From contig NC_088791.1 in assembly GCF_011386835.1 (NCBI RefSeq), positions 19,592,001 to 19,656,000 on the forward strand: 64,000 nt of DNA. Reading direction: 5' to 3'. This document shows positions 36,601 to 50,334 of the stretch, in pieces; within the stretch, counting starts at the first letter, position 1; each line of letters begins with the position of its first letter. Under the pieces are notes generated by a model. It was not told the origin of the DNA, did not search any database, and saw only the letters and a program-made list of their open reading frames with translations. Both the position numbers and the translations under genes were made by a program. Origin of the DNA: Chrysemys picta bellii. Taxonomy: Eukaryota.

Positions 36601-37662
36601 AAGGAAAATATGACCATGCTGGATGGCCTGCTAATTATCCTGGGGTTAACTAGCACCAGTTATGTCAATACCAAAAAACGTTCCCATTTTACTGAAGTTC
36701 TTCAGCCTGATTTCTACAATGCTAATGGCTATATATAATTTGATGGCACAGAACTGCAGAGAAATCCAGTCACACCATTCAGGGCTAAATCATGGCTTTG
36801 TCACAAGTCCTGCTCAAAAAGCCATAAATTAGATTGTAATGTGAGTCCACAATCTGATTCCTGGTTCCTTCTTTGCTCTGGGGATGGAGGCAGAGGTGTC
36901 ATGCCTGGTACCAGTCCCACCATGGTGCTGATTCTTAACCCCAGTATGCTGGCTTAGCTGTGCTCTCTGGCATGATGAGGGAGAGCCTTGGTTGCCCATC
37001 TATTCCCTATCTGCCTGGAAGTGAAAGTAGTAGCTCCACAGAAGGTTTTCTTTCCCCATATTACTAACCACATTCTAGCGAGTGCAGATGAGCAAGTGGG
37101 CACCTTACACCCCTTTACTCCCCTGTACCTCCCTCATTTACTGTCCCTGTGGAGCAGCAGTTATCTTAGTCTGACAAACATAATATTGCAGAAAATAATA
37201 GCAATTCTTTACATTAGCAATACTTTACATTTACAGGGCTGCATTTTCAGTTCTGTTTTGGCAGGTGCATATTTTTGCTCACAATTTGTGGACACAAATA
37301 GCTGCATTACCTGTCTAACCACTGCACCTGTTTTCACCTAGAAATCTGAAATTTGCATCTGTAGTGAACAGTAGGGAGGAAATTGGTCCCCCGCAAAATG
37401 GAAGTCAAGTTGAGGTCAGGTTTAAAACCAGACCCTCAGTATACAAGACCTCTCCTGAGGATCTCAAAGTGTTTTTCAAAAGTTAATTCAGCAAGTCTCG
37501 GAATATCCCTCTCTGATTGGCAGTTGTATATCCACTTCACAAAGAGGTAAACTGAAACATTGAGAGATTAAAGGCTTGCTCATGTACCACCAAATTCAAT
37601 GAGTTTTACATTCACGTCAGCGAGATCAGGACCGAGTCATAAATGACTTGCTGAACGGCATA

Positions 37663-37872
37663 TCTAGTGTGGCCTAATAGGCAGAGCAGTGATTGGGAAC
37701 TCAGAAGACTTGGGTTCTATTCCCGATTTAGTCTCTAAACTGCTGAGTGACTGTAGGCAAATTATTTCATTTCTCGGTGCCTCAGTTTTCCCATCAGTAA
37801 AATTGGGATAATGATGATTCCTGCCTTTGTAAAGCCGTTTGAGGCCTACAGATGAAAAGTGCTATATAGGAG
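37663..37872 (+). mobile_element. CORE-type SINE
   Basis: tRNA-like head, ctgggttctattccc, core gtgcctcagttttcccatcagtaaaattggg, and tail tttgtaaagccgtttgag. Confidence 0.7.
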
Positions 37873-38466
37873 CCATCTTATTATTGCATGATGGGCATAC
37901 ATTATCCAATTTTCCTTATGTGACGGAAATATTTGTGGCACATAAAAGCAGATTTAAATATTATCCAGAGTTTTAAACAATAACCCACCGCACAAGCATG
38001 TCATAATTCTGTTCACAATTTCAAAGAGCTGGAGCACTTTCTTTATGGCTGCATTTTCTGCAGTAAATGTTTGGTACACATGCAATATGTTTAGTATACA
38101 AAGCTTCAGCACAGGTCTCAGTTTACTCATGATTTATGTTAGGCATCAACATGAAGAGAGCCTTGAGATTTATTGCTTTGGAATCTGACCCCCAGCTATG
38201 GAGCTGTAGATTTGTAACTGGTGCCATTCAGAAACAGTATTCTTATGAGAAAGAAAGAGAAACAGACAGACAGAGAACCGGTTCATTTTTTAGAGCACTG
38301 CAGTGGGAAAGTTCTTTGGGTTTTTTGATTTAACTTCTTGAGGCTAGTAATAAAGTCACTATATTCAATACAAGTTTGAAACACTAGTCAATCTGGTGGG
38401 AAATCATAAAAGATGAAAGGCCAGCTCTTCAGATGGTGCTAATCAATGTAGTTCCATGATGTCAAT

Positions 38467-38703
38467 CAGGGCCGGCTCCAGGGTTTTGGCCGCCCCAAGC
38501 AGCCAAAACAAAAAACAAAACAAAACAAAAAGCTGCGATCGCGATTGCGATCTGCTGCGGCAATTCGGCGGGAGGTCCTTCGCTCCCAGGCGGAGTGAGG
38601 GACCGTCCGCCGAATTGCCGCCAAATACCTGGACATGCCGCCCCTCTCCGGAGCGGCCGCCCCAAGCACCTGCTTGACAAGCTGGTGCCTGGAGCCAGCC
38701 CTG
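38467..38703. mobile_element. hAT non-autonomous element, 237 bp, CpG-rich
   Basis: TIRs CAGGGCCGGCTCCAGG / CCTGGAGCCAGCCCTG (15/16) and perfect 8-bp TSD ATGTCAAT (38459-38466, 38704-38711). Confidence 0.92.
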
Positions 38704-39384
38704 ATGTCAATGGAGAAACAGGGCTGAGTGGCTGGCCCTTGGTGCTTTCATGTAGAACTTTTAGCAGTAGTAAAAATTGCTTTATTTACAAGAAAATCCC
38801 CCCCTTTTGCCTGCTGGAAGAAAGATATAAAGCCCAAGCCATAAGATAGTACAAACACTTTACCAGCGGCATTGTGCTTTAGCATAACTTTTTGTCCTTC
38901 CTAGGACCTCTTATAGATATCAAAAAACCTGGTGTGTTGAGGGTAATGAAGCATTCTTCTGGCTGGTGGCCAGTTTAGATTAGCACAGTGCAAAATATGT
39001 TGAAAGAGGACACAAGAAATATCCCACAACTCAGATAAATACTGCTCGCTTTACTCATGTGACTAGTTCCTATGATGTGAACTAAAAACAAAATTATAAT
39101 TACCAGTGGGAAGATGCCTCTAATTAAAAAAAAAAAAAACTCTCAATAACCAGGGTCTGTTCCTACTCCAACTGAAGTCAAAGGCAAAACATCCACTGAT
39201 GTCAAGTCCTACTCAAACGACATGTAACCCTTAAGTAACAAAAAAGAAAAGAAAAAATGTGTTGAGCCTTGCCCTAAAGAATTCCACAGATGTTCTCTAT
39301 AGTACACAAAAATAAGCTTGCTTGCTACCAGTAATGAAAACCACTAATCTACTCTACTTCTCCATACTCCATGTGAGAACATCA

Positions 39385-39657
<273 letters not shown>

Positions 39658-40767
39658 TTATAACTGAGCAATTAGATATATTAGTTTCTTTGAGCTCCAT
39701 GTGAGTCTTCAGTCTATAATAAAGCACAACCCAGGATATAATTGTTCCATGATGGACAATAACTGTACAGAGAGTTAATACTGGCACCAAAAGTCTTTGG
39801 AGAAATATTTTTCTTCATTGAAATCAATATAGCTCATACTATAGAATATTACGGTTTGTATACATTATCTTTCTTATCACTGTGCTGTGCGAATAATTGA
39901 TTGTCAGTAATTTACTGACTACTATTATCTTCTTAATTGGCTGTACAAGACCATAGAGATGCTGAATATGCTAAAAATTACCGTACAAAAGACACAGATT
40001 AAAGCATTCAGTTATCTATACAGTAGAAAACTAATTATCCGTAACAATCACCCCACTATCTAAGCATCTTCTTCTGGGACTCAAGTCAAAACTCATTCAC
40101 TTCAAAGGACCTTGGATTAGGCTCCTAATGAGCTGCCAGTGTGACTCCCTGTTCTGTTTACCCCTGATTATCTAAACTGCTGATTATCTGGACATATCTG
40201 GCGTCATCCAAATGGTTCTGACGATGAGGCTCCTGTTGTGTTGAATTATTCGTATAAATTTTCTAGCGTGGGTGGTGAATAAAGTGCTTGTAGTGAGTTC
40301 AGGTTAGTTGCCTCAATGTACACTTGTAGTGAGCAGTACAATGACAGAGGGGAGCAATACTTTCCATATAGGACTAGGCTGTCGCTAGGCCTCACACAGC
40401 AGCACAGGGGAGTAAAGTTTCCATGTTTCACCTCATGTGGTCATGTTAGGACTAACCAGTCTTGGCTCTGGGTCCTATGCAATGCACAGGGGCTACACAG
40501 ACACTGCTCCCTCCACCCATGAGTAAGTGGGTGAAGATGAGGGAAAGAGTGGGGAGGACAGCAGGCAAAGCCATGACTCATTCCCCCCACAAGCATTCCC
40601 CTCTGCTTTCCCCACCCACAATTCCTCCTGAGGGAAGTGCACTTATGCATCAGGTCTGTGGCTACACGCTAAAGACTAGCCCTTATCTAATGAATTCTCT
40701 CAAAAACTCAAAATACTTTATGAACATCAGAGATTTTGACCTAACAACATCTGTCTGTAAAGTGGGG

Positions 40768-40870
40768 AATTATTATTAGCCCCATTTTACAGATGAGGAG
40801 ACTGAGGCACAAAGAACTTAAATGACTTGTCCTAGGTCTCACAGGAATTTTGAGAAGCCAACTTCAGGTG
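40768..40870 (-). mobile_element. CORE-type SINE fragment
   Basis: attattagccccattttacagatgaggagactgaggcac...aatgacttgtcc is the reverse SINE core. Confidence 0.75.
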
Positions 40871-42676
40871 CCTGACCCTAACCTCTTAAACACAAGACAT
40901 CCATCTCAGACATACAAAGCTATGAGGCAAATTTCACTATGCTTATGATTATGTTCACCGCATTTGATCTTGAAATATAAACGGCCCAGTGATATAAAGC
41001 CTGGGGTAATGCATCTTTTATTCACATTGATAGAATATCCACCACTTAAAGTGAAAACTTTGAAACCAAAAAGTAATTAAACAGAAATCCAGATCTTGCT
41101 GGCTTCTCAGTAGAAGAAATCAATTGTCTTTGCCATCACCTTGATCCAGATTATTAATAATTCATCAGAAATGACATAAAGAAATAAATCTGGCCAAAAA
41201 GAGCAGTTATTTGCAGCGGAGGGACACTTCAATGGAGTGGGAAGCATGGGGGGAGTGAGAGATAGGTTTTCACTTTTTGCCTGTTTTCAAGGAAACAAAT
41301 TCCAACATTCTCTTTCATTATATATTAGAGAAAGAAAGAATTATTGATTAAACCCCAATTAGCCAAATAAACAATAATCATAAATATAGCAAGACAGTCA
41401 CCTATTCTTATTATCTCTACATTCTAGCTTTAATTATTATTATTTCATATCCATATGTTCTTTTACTTCCAATTAGAAAAATACAATCTACTACTAATAC
41501 TAAACCTTTTACAATCTTTAGCATTGCTGGAATCAATCTGAAATTTTGTGTTTCTATGGTGCAGTTCCAAAGTTTTCTTTATGCTTGGATTAATATTCCA
41601 ACTAGAGTGTGATACTGATTACTTACATTAATCAACGCTTAATTAGATAATGTATGTAAAGTGCTTTGAATAGGAAAATCACTATACAAGTACTAAGTAT
41701 TGTTAATTGCAGCTGGGCAAATACTGCAAAAATAAAATAAGATCCATGTATATTCATTTCAATTTTTATATTTCAGCTGTACTTCAATCCTGTTTGTATT
41801 TATTTTCTGCCAATATTTTAGCAAGGGAGCTTACTGGTAGCAAAATTCATCAAGACAACACATGTTAAGCATAATATTTACAGAAAGCCAATTTTAGATT
41901 TGGAATCATGAGCATTTGTTAGAGAAACCTAATTCCAAGGGCTAGGTTATGACTTGGACTCCATACTTGCACAGAGCAGTAAAAGGAAGTAAGAATCTCC
42001 CCTTTATACCTCTATGTCGGTTACCTGGACCTAGTGCTTGGGCACGCAAGAATAAATGGGGATCCATTCCTTCTCATTCCTTCCCCAGTGTAAGTGGGTA
42101 GGAAATGGATGGAGCCATGAATCCATATTCCCTGCTCACTGGCCAGTGTAGCTGAGCCAGCACAGCATGAAAGTATACCAATTTGTTGCTGCTCTATACC
42201 CACAGTAAATCTCTAACCCTCATGAGCAAGGGGGAAGAAATGGTGGAATTATGCTTTCCAGAGATATGTCTGCTTTACCCTGCATCCCCCAAGCTACTCC
42301 TGACGTGGTGCTGCTTCTGCCCCACCTCATGTTCAGAGCTCTGTCTAAAATCAAAACCTAACCCTAAGAGTTACAATACGGGATACAGAACACTGGATAG
42401 CATGCAACCTCTGTGTACAATCAATGCAGCCTGAATTTCAAATACCGAATTCTTACGATGAAGTCTCCCCTGATAGGTTACAGACCAGCAATTATTTACA
42501 GAAATTACTGAGTCACAAAAAATTCAAATAATTCACATTCAGAAAAGGAAGTGAAACTTGTTTAATTAATTATTGGCCCAAGCCTACTGATATTTTTTAA
42601 AATAGTTTTTTTAAGGGTATGGATTTAGAGAAATAAATTCTGATTTGAAATTACTCAAAAATATTGTAGCCAGTGG

Positions 42677-42821
42677 CAGGGTTGCCAAGCAGCAGGGGGG
42701 AAAAAAAAGGCAATTAGCGGCGATTCGGTGGCAGCTCAATCAATAGCGGACGGAGTGCCACCCCTTTGTATTGGTTGTCCCAAGCACCTGCTTCCTTAGC
42801 TGGTGCCTGGAGCCGGCCCTG
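42677..42821. mobile_element. hAT element of the same family as 38467..38703, left end internally deleted
   Basis: Intact right TIR CCTGGAGCCGGCCCTG, left end reduced to CAGGG, perfect 8-bp TSD GCCAGTGG (42669-42676, 42822-42829). Confidence 0.85.
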
Positions 42822-43030
42822 GCCAGTGGAAAAGTCTTGTCACTTTTACATGTGTATTTATGTTGGATTTTTTTGCAGAGACTTCCAACTTCATAATGGC
42901 AGTACACGTGACAAAGACAGGGCGTGATACTCCTTAGAGATTAATGGCAAGACTCCTTCTGACTTGTGAGATCCTGATCCAACAATCCAGTCCAACAAAA
43001 CATTTAAGCAAGCATCTGAGTAGTCCACAA

Positions 43031-43128
43031 TTTTTATAGGGACAGTCCAGATATTCAGGGCTTTGTCTTATATAGGCATATATTACACCCCACCTCCAAT
43101 TCTTCACCCATGCTGTCTGGTCACCCTA
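43031..43128. mobile_element. Truncated copy of the 26653..26776 hAT MITE
   Basis: Shares ttttatagggacagtcc...cttatatagg...gctgtctggtcacccta. Confidence 0.75.
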
Positions 43129-43644
43129 GTGCATGTATTTGTGATTTGCCGGTTGGGGGGCCATACTTCACTACACCTAGTCAAAGTTTCTTCATCAGTG
43201 AAGAAAATATGCTAGGTCTCATCCTGGAGCTACCTATCTAGAGAGCTCAATCTAGCAATGTACTGAACATCTCAATTCCCTTTGACCTCACTGGGAGTTG
43301 AAAATGTTCCGAGTCTTGCTGGATGCAGGCCAAAGGCAGAAAGAACACTGGGATTTTGTAGTTTGATTATTTAAGGGTAAGATATGAATCAATTAGAAGG
43401 AATATATATATATGTATATATTTCTTTACTTTTCAGTGTAAAGAATTAAAGGTATGCTCGGTAATGTTTTCAAATGGGTAAATTTCAAAACTGTGGATAC
43501 AGAAAATGTTGACCACAAAATCTTTGATTTTGTTGGGGAATCTGTATTTAGTCATGCTTTAGTGAAACTCTAGCTCAAAGGCTGAAATTCACCCCTGAGC
43601 AGAAGGACAGCACAAGACCTATGTAACATTTAAGCCCTATTTTC

Positions 43645-43895
43645 CTATGGGTTTTCCTGTGGTTAGAGCACTGGCCTAGGCACTGGGAGATCTCAGTTCA
43701 AGTCACTGCTTTACTAAAGGCTTCCTTTGTAACCTTCGGCAAGTCGCTTAGCTTCTCTTTATTTTAGTTCCCCATCTGTAAAACAGGGATAATAGCACTT
43801 TTCTGTCTTACAGGGGTGTTGTGGGGATTGATACATTAAAGATTGCAAGGCACTCAGATACGATGTATTTGGGGCCATATAAGTACCTAAGATAG
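43645..43895 (+). mobile_element. tRNA-derived CORE-type SINE, near full length
   Basis: A-box-like gtggttagagc, B-box-like gttcaagtc, core ttccccatctgtaaaacagggataat. Related copies near 49385-49600 and 60925-61050. Confidence 0.7.
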
Positions 43896-45562
43896 AGAGA
43901 GATTTTGACAGCTTCACTAGGATTGCAGGGGTGTTGTGCAGTCCCTCTACTCACCACTATTACAACAGGACTATTATGAAAAAGTGTCATTTTTCAGCAC
44001 AATTTATTTTCATCATGAAAACATCCAATGGTTTCTGATTTTTAATATTGCTATATTCATTCCTGTTAAAAAGAAGCTAATCAACCCTAAGACCAAATAT
44101 GAGTTCAAAAGAAATGTATTACATTCAGAATAACATATTAAAAAGCCTACAGGACTGAGATGGAGTTGTCATGAGTGGAGTTAGACAACAAATTCATTTG
44201 ATCCTATATGAGGATGAGGATTTTCACCTAGGAACTACCAGGGTTACCTGGTGAAATACAAGACTAACCCTTTTCTCTCCCATCTTATCAAGCAGGCATA
44301 TAGGGAAAATGACATTTTGCAACCTATCTCATACTGATAGAGCTGGGCATCATCTGTTGATTCAAACTTTCCAAAAGGGAGTAGAATAAAGCAATTCTTT
44401 TTTCTGGACTTTTGGTTTATGAATTTTTTTAATCTTTTGACTTTTCATTCCAATTCACATAGGAAACATTTTCAAAATCTTGAAAAAAATAATAACATGT
44501 GAAAACCGTTTTCCACTCAATTCTAAAGTAAAACTATCCACTCTGTTAAAATAATCTTTGATTCCATCCTACAATTTTTTTAATTGCTTTCATCACCATC
44601 TCAGGAACAATATTCCCCTAAACACTGCAGCACTTGAGACTTTTCTGTGAAGAAATCTGGTTATTCCTTAGCAAATCACATCCACTGAATGAGGAGAATT
44701 ATACAATCCCTTTGCTGAGAAATCATTCTTTTCTTTAAGCAGTTTTTGTTAGGCCAGACATCTGTATCATTTAACCATTGTTTCACACATTTATCATGGA
44801 AGCCAGTTTTGAGAACAAGCTAGAAGGGATAGTTTAAAGGTTACTAACAATTAAAGGACAATCTATATGATCATAGAATCATAGAAATGCCCACATATGA
44901 ATAATGCTCATGTGCTAGTCTTGTCGTTTTACTGCACTGTACTTACTTGGATCTTTATAGTTTATTTGAGGCATAGATATATCTGAATAGGCTAGATCCT
45001 CAGCCTAGTGTACACAGGAGTCTCAATGGAGCTAAGACAATTTATACCAGCTGAAGATCTACCCTGATATGTACAACCCAAACGTTTTCCTCTAACACTT
45101 TCTACTGGAGAAAAGGCAGATGTATAGGCAAAGCTCAGCATCATTTCTGGGATCTGACAATGACTGGGGTGGACGGGAAGTCATAAATAGTAGTTTCATG
45201 GACACCATAGTGACGGAGGCATTAGAAAGAGACAGGAAAGTAGAATAACAGTTAAAAAATGCCTTTTGGAATTGGAAATTATTCCAGTGGCTTCCCCGTC
45301 CACTGTGGAAATTGTTACCTTAAAGCTCTAAAGAGATGCGATTTATGAAAGGAAAGCTGCATTATTCCTTAACTACTTTACAAATACTCAGCAAAATCCT
45401 GCATCCCTGCTCCTGAAGTCGACATGGTTTTTGCCTGACTGAGGTTTACAGGATTAGTCTCATTGACAAGCCAGCTGCACATTGCAAATCGAGGCAGCGA
45501 ATTCTGGATTTGCAGCAACAGCTAGTTTGCTCTTACATTAGCCTGCCTTTCCCACTCGTTCA

Positions 45563-45859
<297 letters not shown>

Positions 45860-46664
45860 TTAAAGGCTCTTTAATTAATTACATGCATTGATTTTCCAAA
45901 CTCTGAACGGCTGTCTCAGCAAACCCAAACGCAGTCCTTAGAAAGTTCAGTTTAACTGAAACAAATCTCTCAGATGTTTTCCTAAACTGAATGGCTGCTG
46001 GCTACTACTTAAAACATATTGTTTATATACATCCAGATCCGATTTCAATGGGACTTTTCTTAGAGTAGGTACTACTACTATATGAGTAATACTTAGGATG
46101 GTTGAATCTGGCTCTTAATAGATAATATGTGTTTTTCAGTTTTCCATCCCTGATTTTGAAATTGAACTGCTTCATAAAGAAGGCTTCATAAAGGCTTTAT
46201 GAACTGCTTCATAAAGAAGGGGTGGAAATCTATTTGTAATAGCTGTTATTCTGCAAATGCAATTTGTTGGTATAAATAAAGAGGTCTCACGTGTTTTTCA
46301 TAATGGTGACCTTCATGCAAAAGGGTTTGTAACCCATTACTCATCCTGTAGCCAACTAATCACTTTATATACCCTTGCTAATAGTCAGCATATTGGTTTT
46401 AGTTTTGCCCTTTCTCTCTCTCCCTCACTTCCCCCTTTTGACAACACACACTGAAACTGCACTGCTGTGCATTTCCTTGGGATTTCTACAAGGATAGTAG
46501 ATGCCCCATGAGTCTCATTCTTGTGGATTATGTGATGCCTAGAAACTTACATTTAAAAACATATGCCTCCCTCCATGGTTATAGGTGGCTTTTCCCTCAG
46601 AGGCAAATTCAGTCCTTCATGAGACAAAAGCCTAGGGACAATCCCATCCTTGGTGTAAGCCCAT

Positions 46665-46755
46665 TTGAGGGAAGTTCTATGGACTGTGTTATGCATGAGA
46701 TCAGACTAGATGACGACAGTGATCTATTCTAGCCTTAGAATCTATGAGCCTATGA
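46665..46755 (+). mobile_element. Short CR1 3' end
   Basis: gggaagttctatgg...gatcagactagatga...agaatctatgagcctatga. Confidence 0.65.
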
Positions 46756-47201
46756 AGCCAATGGATTTACACCAAGGATGTACTGGACTCAGTTGAAGAG
46801 TGGTGGAAAAAATCTTCGCTGTTTTTTCTTAAAAAGCTTATTGATTATCCAGGAGTTTTCCAAAATTCTAAAATTTGCTGATTTTTTAAAAAATTCTTCC
46901 TGCATTACTTTACCAGCTCTATGTGGCAAGGGATTTGACATTTCACCCTCCATCCTTAAAGCCAATTTTTCAGCAGGAAGAGGCTGAGAAACTGACACAT
47001 TCTTTCAAACTTGCGTCAGGGCAATGATGTACATTGCTCATAAGAAAAGAAATTTAATTCATTACTTCTAACTTACACTGCCTTTGTGCAGTTCAAAGGT
47101 TAAGAAAACGCTGTGTTTCTTAAGAACATTTTAACAAAGAGAACTCTTTAAAGCAACCAGCTACACAAGTTTCCATACAAGTAAAATGATATATTCTGTA
47201 C

Positions 47202-47271
47202 CTGGAAGTTGTAAACACTCCATAGACTATTGGATTTTTGGGGTCTTTTGAGTTCATTAGAAACACATCCT
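47202..47271 (-). CDS. SEMA3A: Semaphorin-3A coding exon 9
   Basis: 70 nt, tacag|AG...CCAG|gtacag. (Q)DVFLMNSKDPKNPIVYGVFTTS(S). Separated from exon 8 by a 105-nt intron. Confidence 0.97.
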
Positions 47272-47371
47272 CTGTAACAAAAACAACAAAAAAGAAAAAA
47301 AAGAAAACACATGGTCATTTCAGTAATGAAAATACTAGAAAATGATTCTGCATTCAAATCCATTGTGGCTA

Positions 47372-47491
<120 letters not shown>

Positions 47492-47740
47492 CTAACAGGA
47501 GAAATACTGTATATTAATACATGACCATATTCCTGTTTGAAATGGGCATTGATATGAAAAAACTGACGGAACAGTGTGCTAAATATAACATCATAATTCA
47601 CGGTTTTACATATTGTCCTTTTTATTGTTTAGGAAATTATAAAATCCCCCTCATTTTTCAAATATACCAATATTGAATCTATTTAAATTTGTCATGGTTA
47701 TTACTATGAATTTAATACCATTTTCAGAAGAACTTATTCC

Positions 47741-47873
47741 NNNNNNNNNNNNNNNNNNNNNNNNNNNNNNNNNNNNNNNNNNNNNNNNNNNNNNNNNNNN
47801 NNNNNNNNNNNNNNNNNNNNNNNNNNNNNNNNNNNNNNNNNNNNNNNNNNNNNNNNNNNNNNNNNNNNNNNNN
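47741..47873. other. Assembly gap (133 N) in intron 7
   Basis: Run of N. Exons 7 and 8 on either side still join in frame. Confidence 0.99.
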
Positions 47874-48712
47874 AGAGTATTTTGCTTCTGTGCAAGCTTA
47901 CATGTTGCCAAGACTCAATAAAGTTTAAACAGCTCATTATTCTTTACCGAATATCAACAAAGTAGCCCCACAAGTTGTACAAGATCAAAGTATAAAAGGT
48001 GTTAGGGTGGGAGAATCAGATGTTTAATAGCAGGGCTGACAGTAGGAGCAGATCAACATCTCCATAAGGGTGGGGCTATAATTTTCCAAGCTGCTATCTC
48101 GTTTTTCAGAGATAGTGACTTGGAGTCCTGCCTTAAGGAATAATGTGAAATTCTACTCTAAACATTATATTTACCAAAGCTATCAAAATTCATGGTGATC
48201 ACTTAATTCATAGATATTTTCTCAAGGTCCCTCAGGAAAATATTTGAGACCCTTGACACTGTTCATTTATAAAACTTAGCCTAACCAATTATTTTCATTT
48301 TCATATGCCTTTGCCTTTAGAAGTTCTACCTGGAATAGGAACTTTAAATGTCAAAAATAACTCAAGAAAGAAAATGTCTACAGAACATCTGGTCCACCTG
48401 GAAGCAGGAAGTACCATGTTTCTTGCACAAGACTCTATTTCTCTCTGCCACATTTTGAAAACTCAGGAGGTTCTGATTATTTTTGGATGATGCATTGTAA
48501 ATTTGGGGTGCTACTCCAAACAGAACAGAACTGACTATTGTACCTCTTTGATGTTTTCCCTTGACTATTGGTCATTCTGGAAGACCTCGGCATCACTACA
48601 TTGCCAATGCTACCATAGACTAATGTACAGCCAAGAAAGAGTAGTTGCTAATATCACTTTTATAGCTTTAACTGAGGGCATTAATTCTTATAAAATTAAG
48701 TCACCATATTAC

Positions 48713-48855
48713 CTTGCAGATCTGCCCTATTCTGGCATGGGTGGCTTTTCCAGAGTGCTCTCCATCAATTGCATTTTCACGGAAGAAGAAATAGATTTTG
48801 TCATCTTCTGGGTTATCACTCTCTGGTATTAGGTGGGCACTAACAAACCTAGGAT
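48713..48855 (-). CDS. SEMA3A: Semaphorin-3A coding exon 7 (human numbering), Sema domain; first exon in the window
   Basis: 143 nt, ctcag|AT...AAG|gtaata. Translates (D)PRFVSAHLIPESDNPEDDKIYFFFRENAIDGEHSGKATHARIGQICK, recognisable SEMA3A. Confidence 0.97.
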
Positions 48856-49915
48856 CTGAGAAGAAAATGCCAATGTACATGTTACTACACAGCAAGTAAA
48901 ATCTGTTGCCTCATTTACATGAAAGGATTCTTCCATTCTGACTTGCACACATGAACTAACCCTTTCATCAAATAAGCAAATTTTCAACTTTTCTTCCTGG
49001 TGCTCCCACCCAAAGGAAATCCCTATCACAACTTGTTTCTGCTCTTGGAACCTGATACTAGAACAACACACACACACACACACATTCCCAACACTGCACA
49101 CCAGCACACATCTATAGTTTATTTATCCAATATATAGCAGCGTTTGCTATTCATACTCTGTAGTGATTCAGGAAAGCATATGAAGTAATATAATACATAT
49201 GAAATTGCTCTTTTAACTGTAGTGTAACATTACAGCATAGCTTCCTAATTCCATGCATGGATTGTTGAGAGTTTCTTTCACATTCAGTCTTGCCTACTTC
49301 TCATTTCCTTGTTTATTTTGACTTTCTATACAGCAGAAATGAAAACTGCACAGGAAAGCTACAAAAGAGGAAGAAGATGGTTTGTCAAGTAGCTACGGTG
49401 TTTGGCTGAGAATTGGGAGAGCTGTGTTCAAATCCCTGAACTGCCATATACATCCTCTGTGACCTTAATCAAGTCACTTAACCTCTCTGTGTCTTAGTCC
49501 CCCATGTATAAAATGTAAGGGTGCTGTGAAGATAAATACACTAAAGATTGGGAGGCCCTAAGCTTTTGTAGTAATAGGAATGATAGACAGAACACTCAAG
49601 AACAGGTTAAAAATCATTCTATAAAATATTTTTTGGATGAAAAATGGCCATTTTGTTTGAAATTTTCCATTGCTTTTCAACTACTAAAAACAAAAACAAA
49701 ACAATGTTTTGAAAACCATTTTTTAATGGAAAAACAAAATCCATTTAGGTGGGAAAGATTTTTTACCATTTTCTGATCAGCTCTATTGACATCATTATTC
49801 AGAGTACAAATTCCCCTTCCACACATATGTCTCTATCTAGACAGTGATATTGCAGATATATAAAGCCTCAAGAGAGATTGATAAAACAAACAGAAAACAG
49901 TGGGCAAAAAAATTA

Positions 49916-50002
49916 GGACATATACTCAGTTGGTGTAAATCAGCATAGCTGCATTGACTTCAATGAGGCTGTGCCAGTTTACACCAGAGGAAGATCTGGC
50001 CC
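49916..50002. repeat. Ancient ~90-bp hairpin MITE-like repeat (clearest copy of a dispersed group)
   Basis: tggtgtaaat...cattga-ct-tcaatg...gtttacacca symmetry. Similar palindromes near 27389-27496, 32147-32219, 44992-45064 and 55454-56635. Confidence 0.65.
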
Positions 50003-50334
50003 AATATTGCATTTTTCATTCAAGTATTTCCGTTGGCCTCTTTGACTAGGGAAAAGGAGGTAAATCAAACAGAATTACCAAGCTACTGTTTTCCTTCGGC
50101 ATTTTACATCCTGCTGGGATAATTTAGTGTGAACTATATTTAACTATTCAAAGAGTCCTGTCCCTATGTCAAATTATAAGCTGTTCTAGTATCATGTATT
50201 AAAGTGTCATCTTAACACATCATCACATACTTAGGGAGGTAATGAGCCAGATTGTGCTGTGCTGAGGATCTGGCTTATTAAAACCACTACTTTATTTACT
50301 AAGAATTCTCCTCAGTTTATATGCTAACTAACTG

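Noticed and set aside
40021-40240. Possible old Tigger-like element beginning TA-CAGTAGAAAA
   Set aside because: The right TIR is too decayed to confirm and no second TA could be placed.
43645-43720. tRNA-like A/B boxes suggesting a tRNA gene
   Set aside because: No cloverleaf; the sequence runs on into a SINE core, so it is a SINE head.
47651-47937. Three ORFs spanning the N run
   Set aside because: Artefacts of translating the assembly gap.
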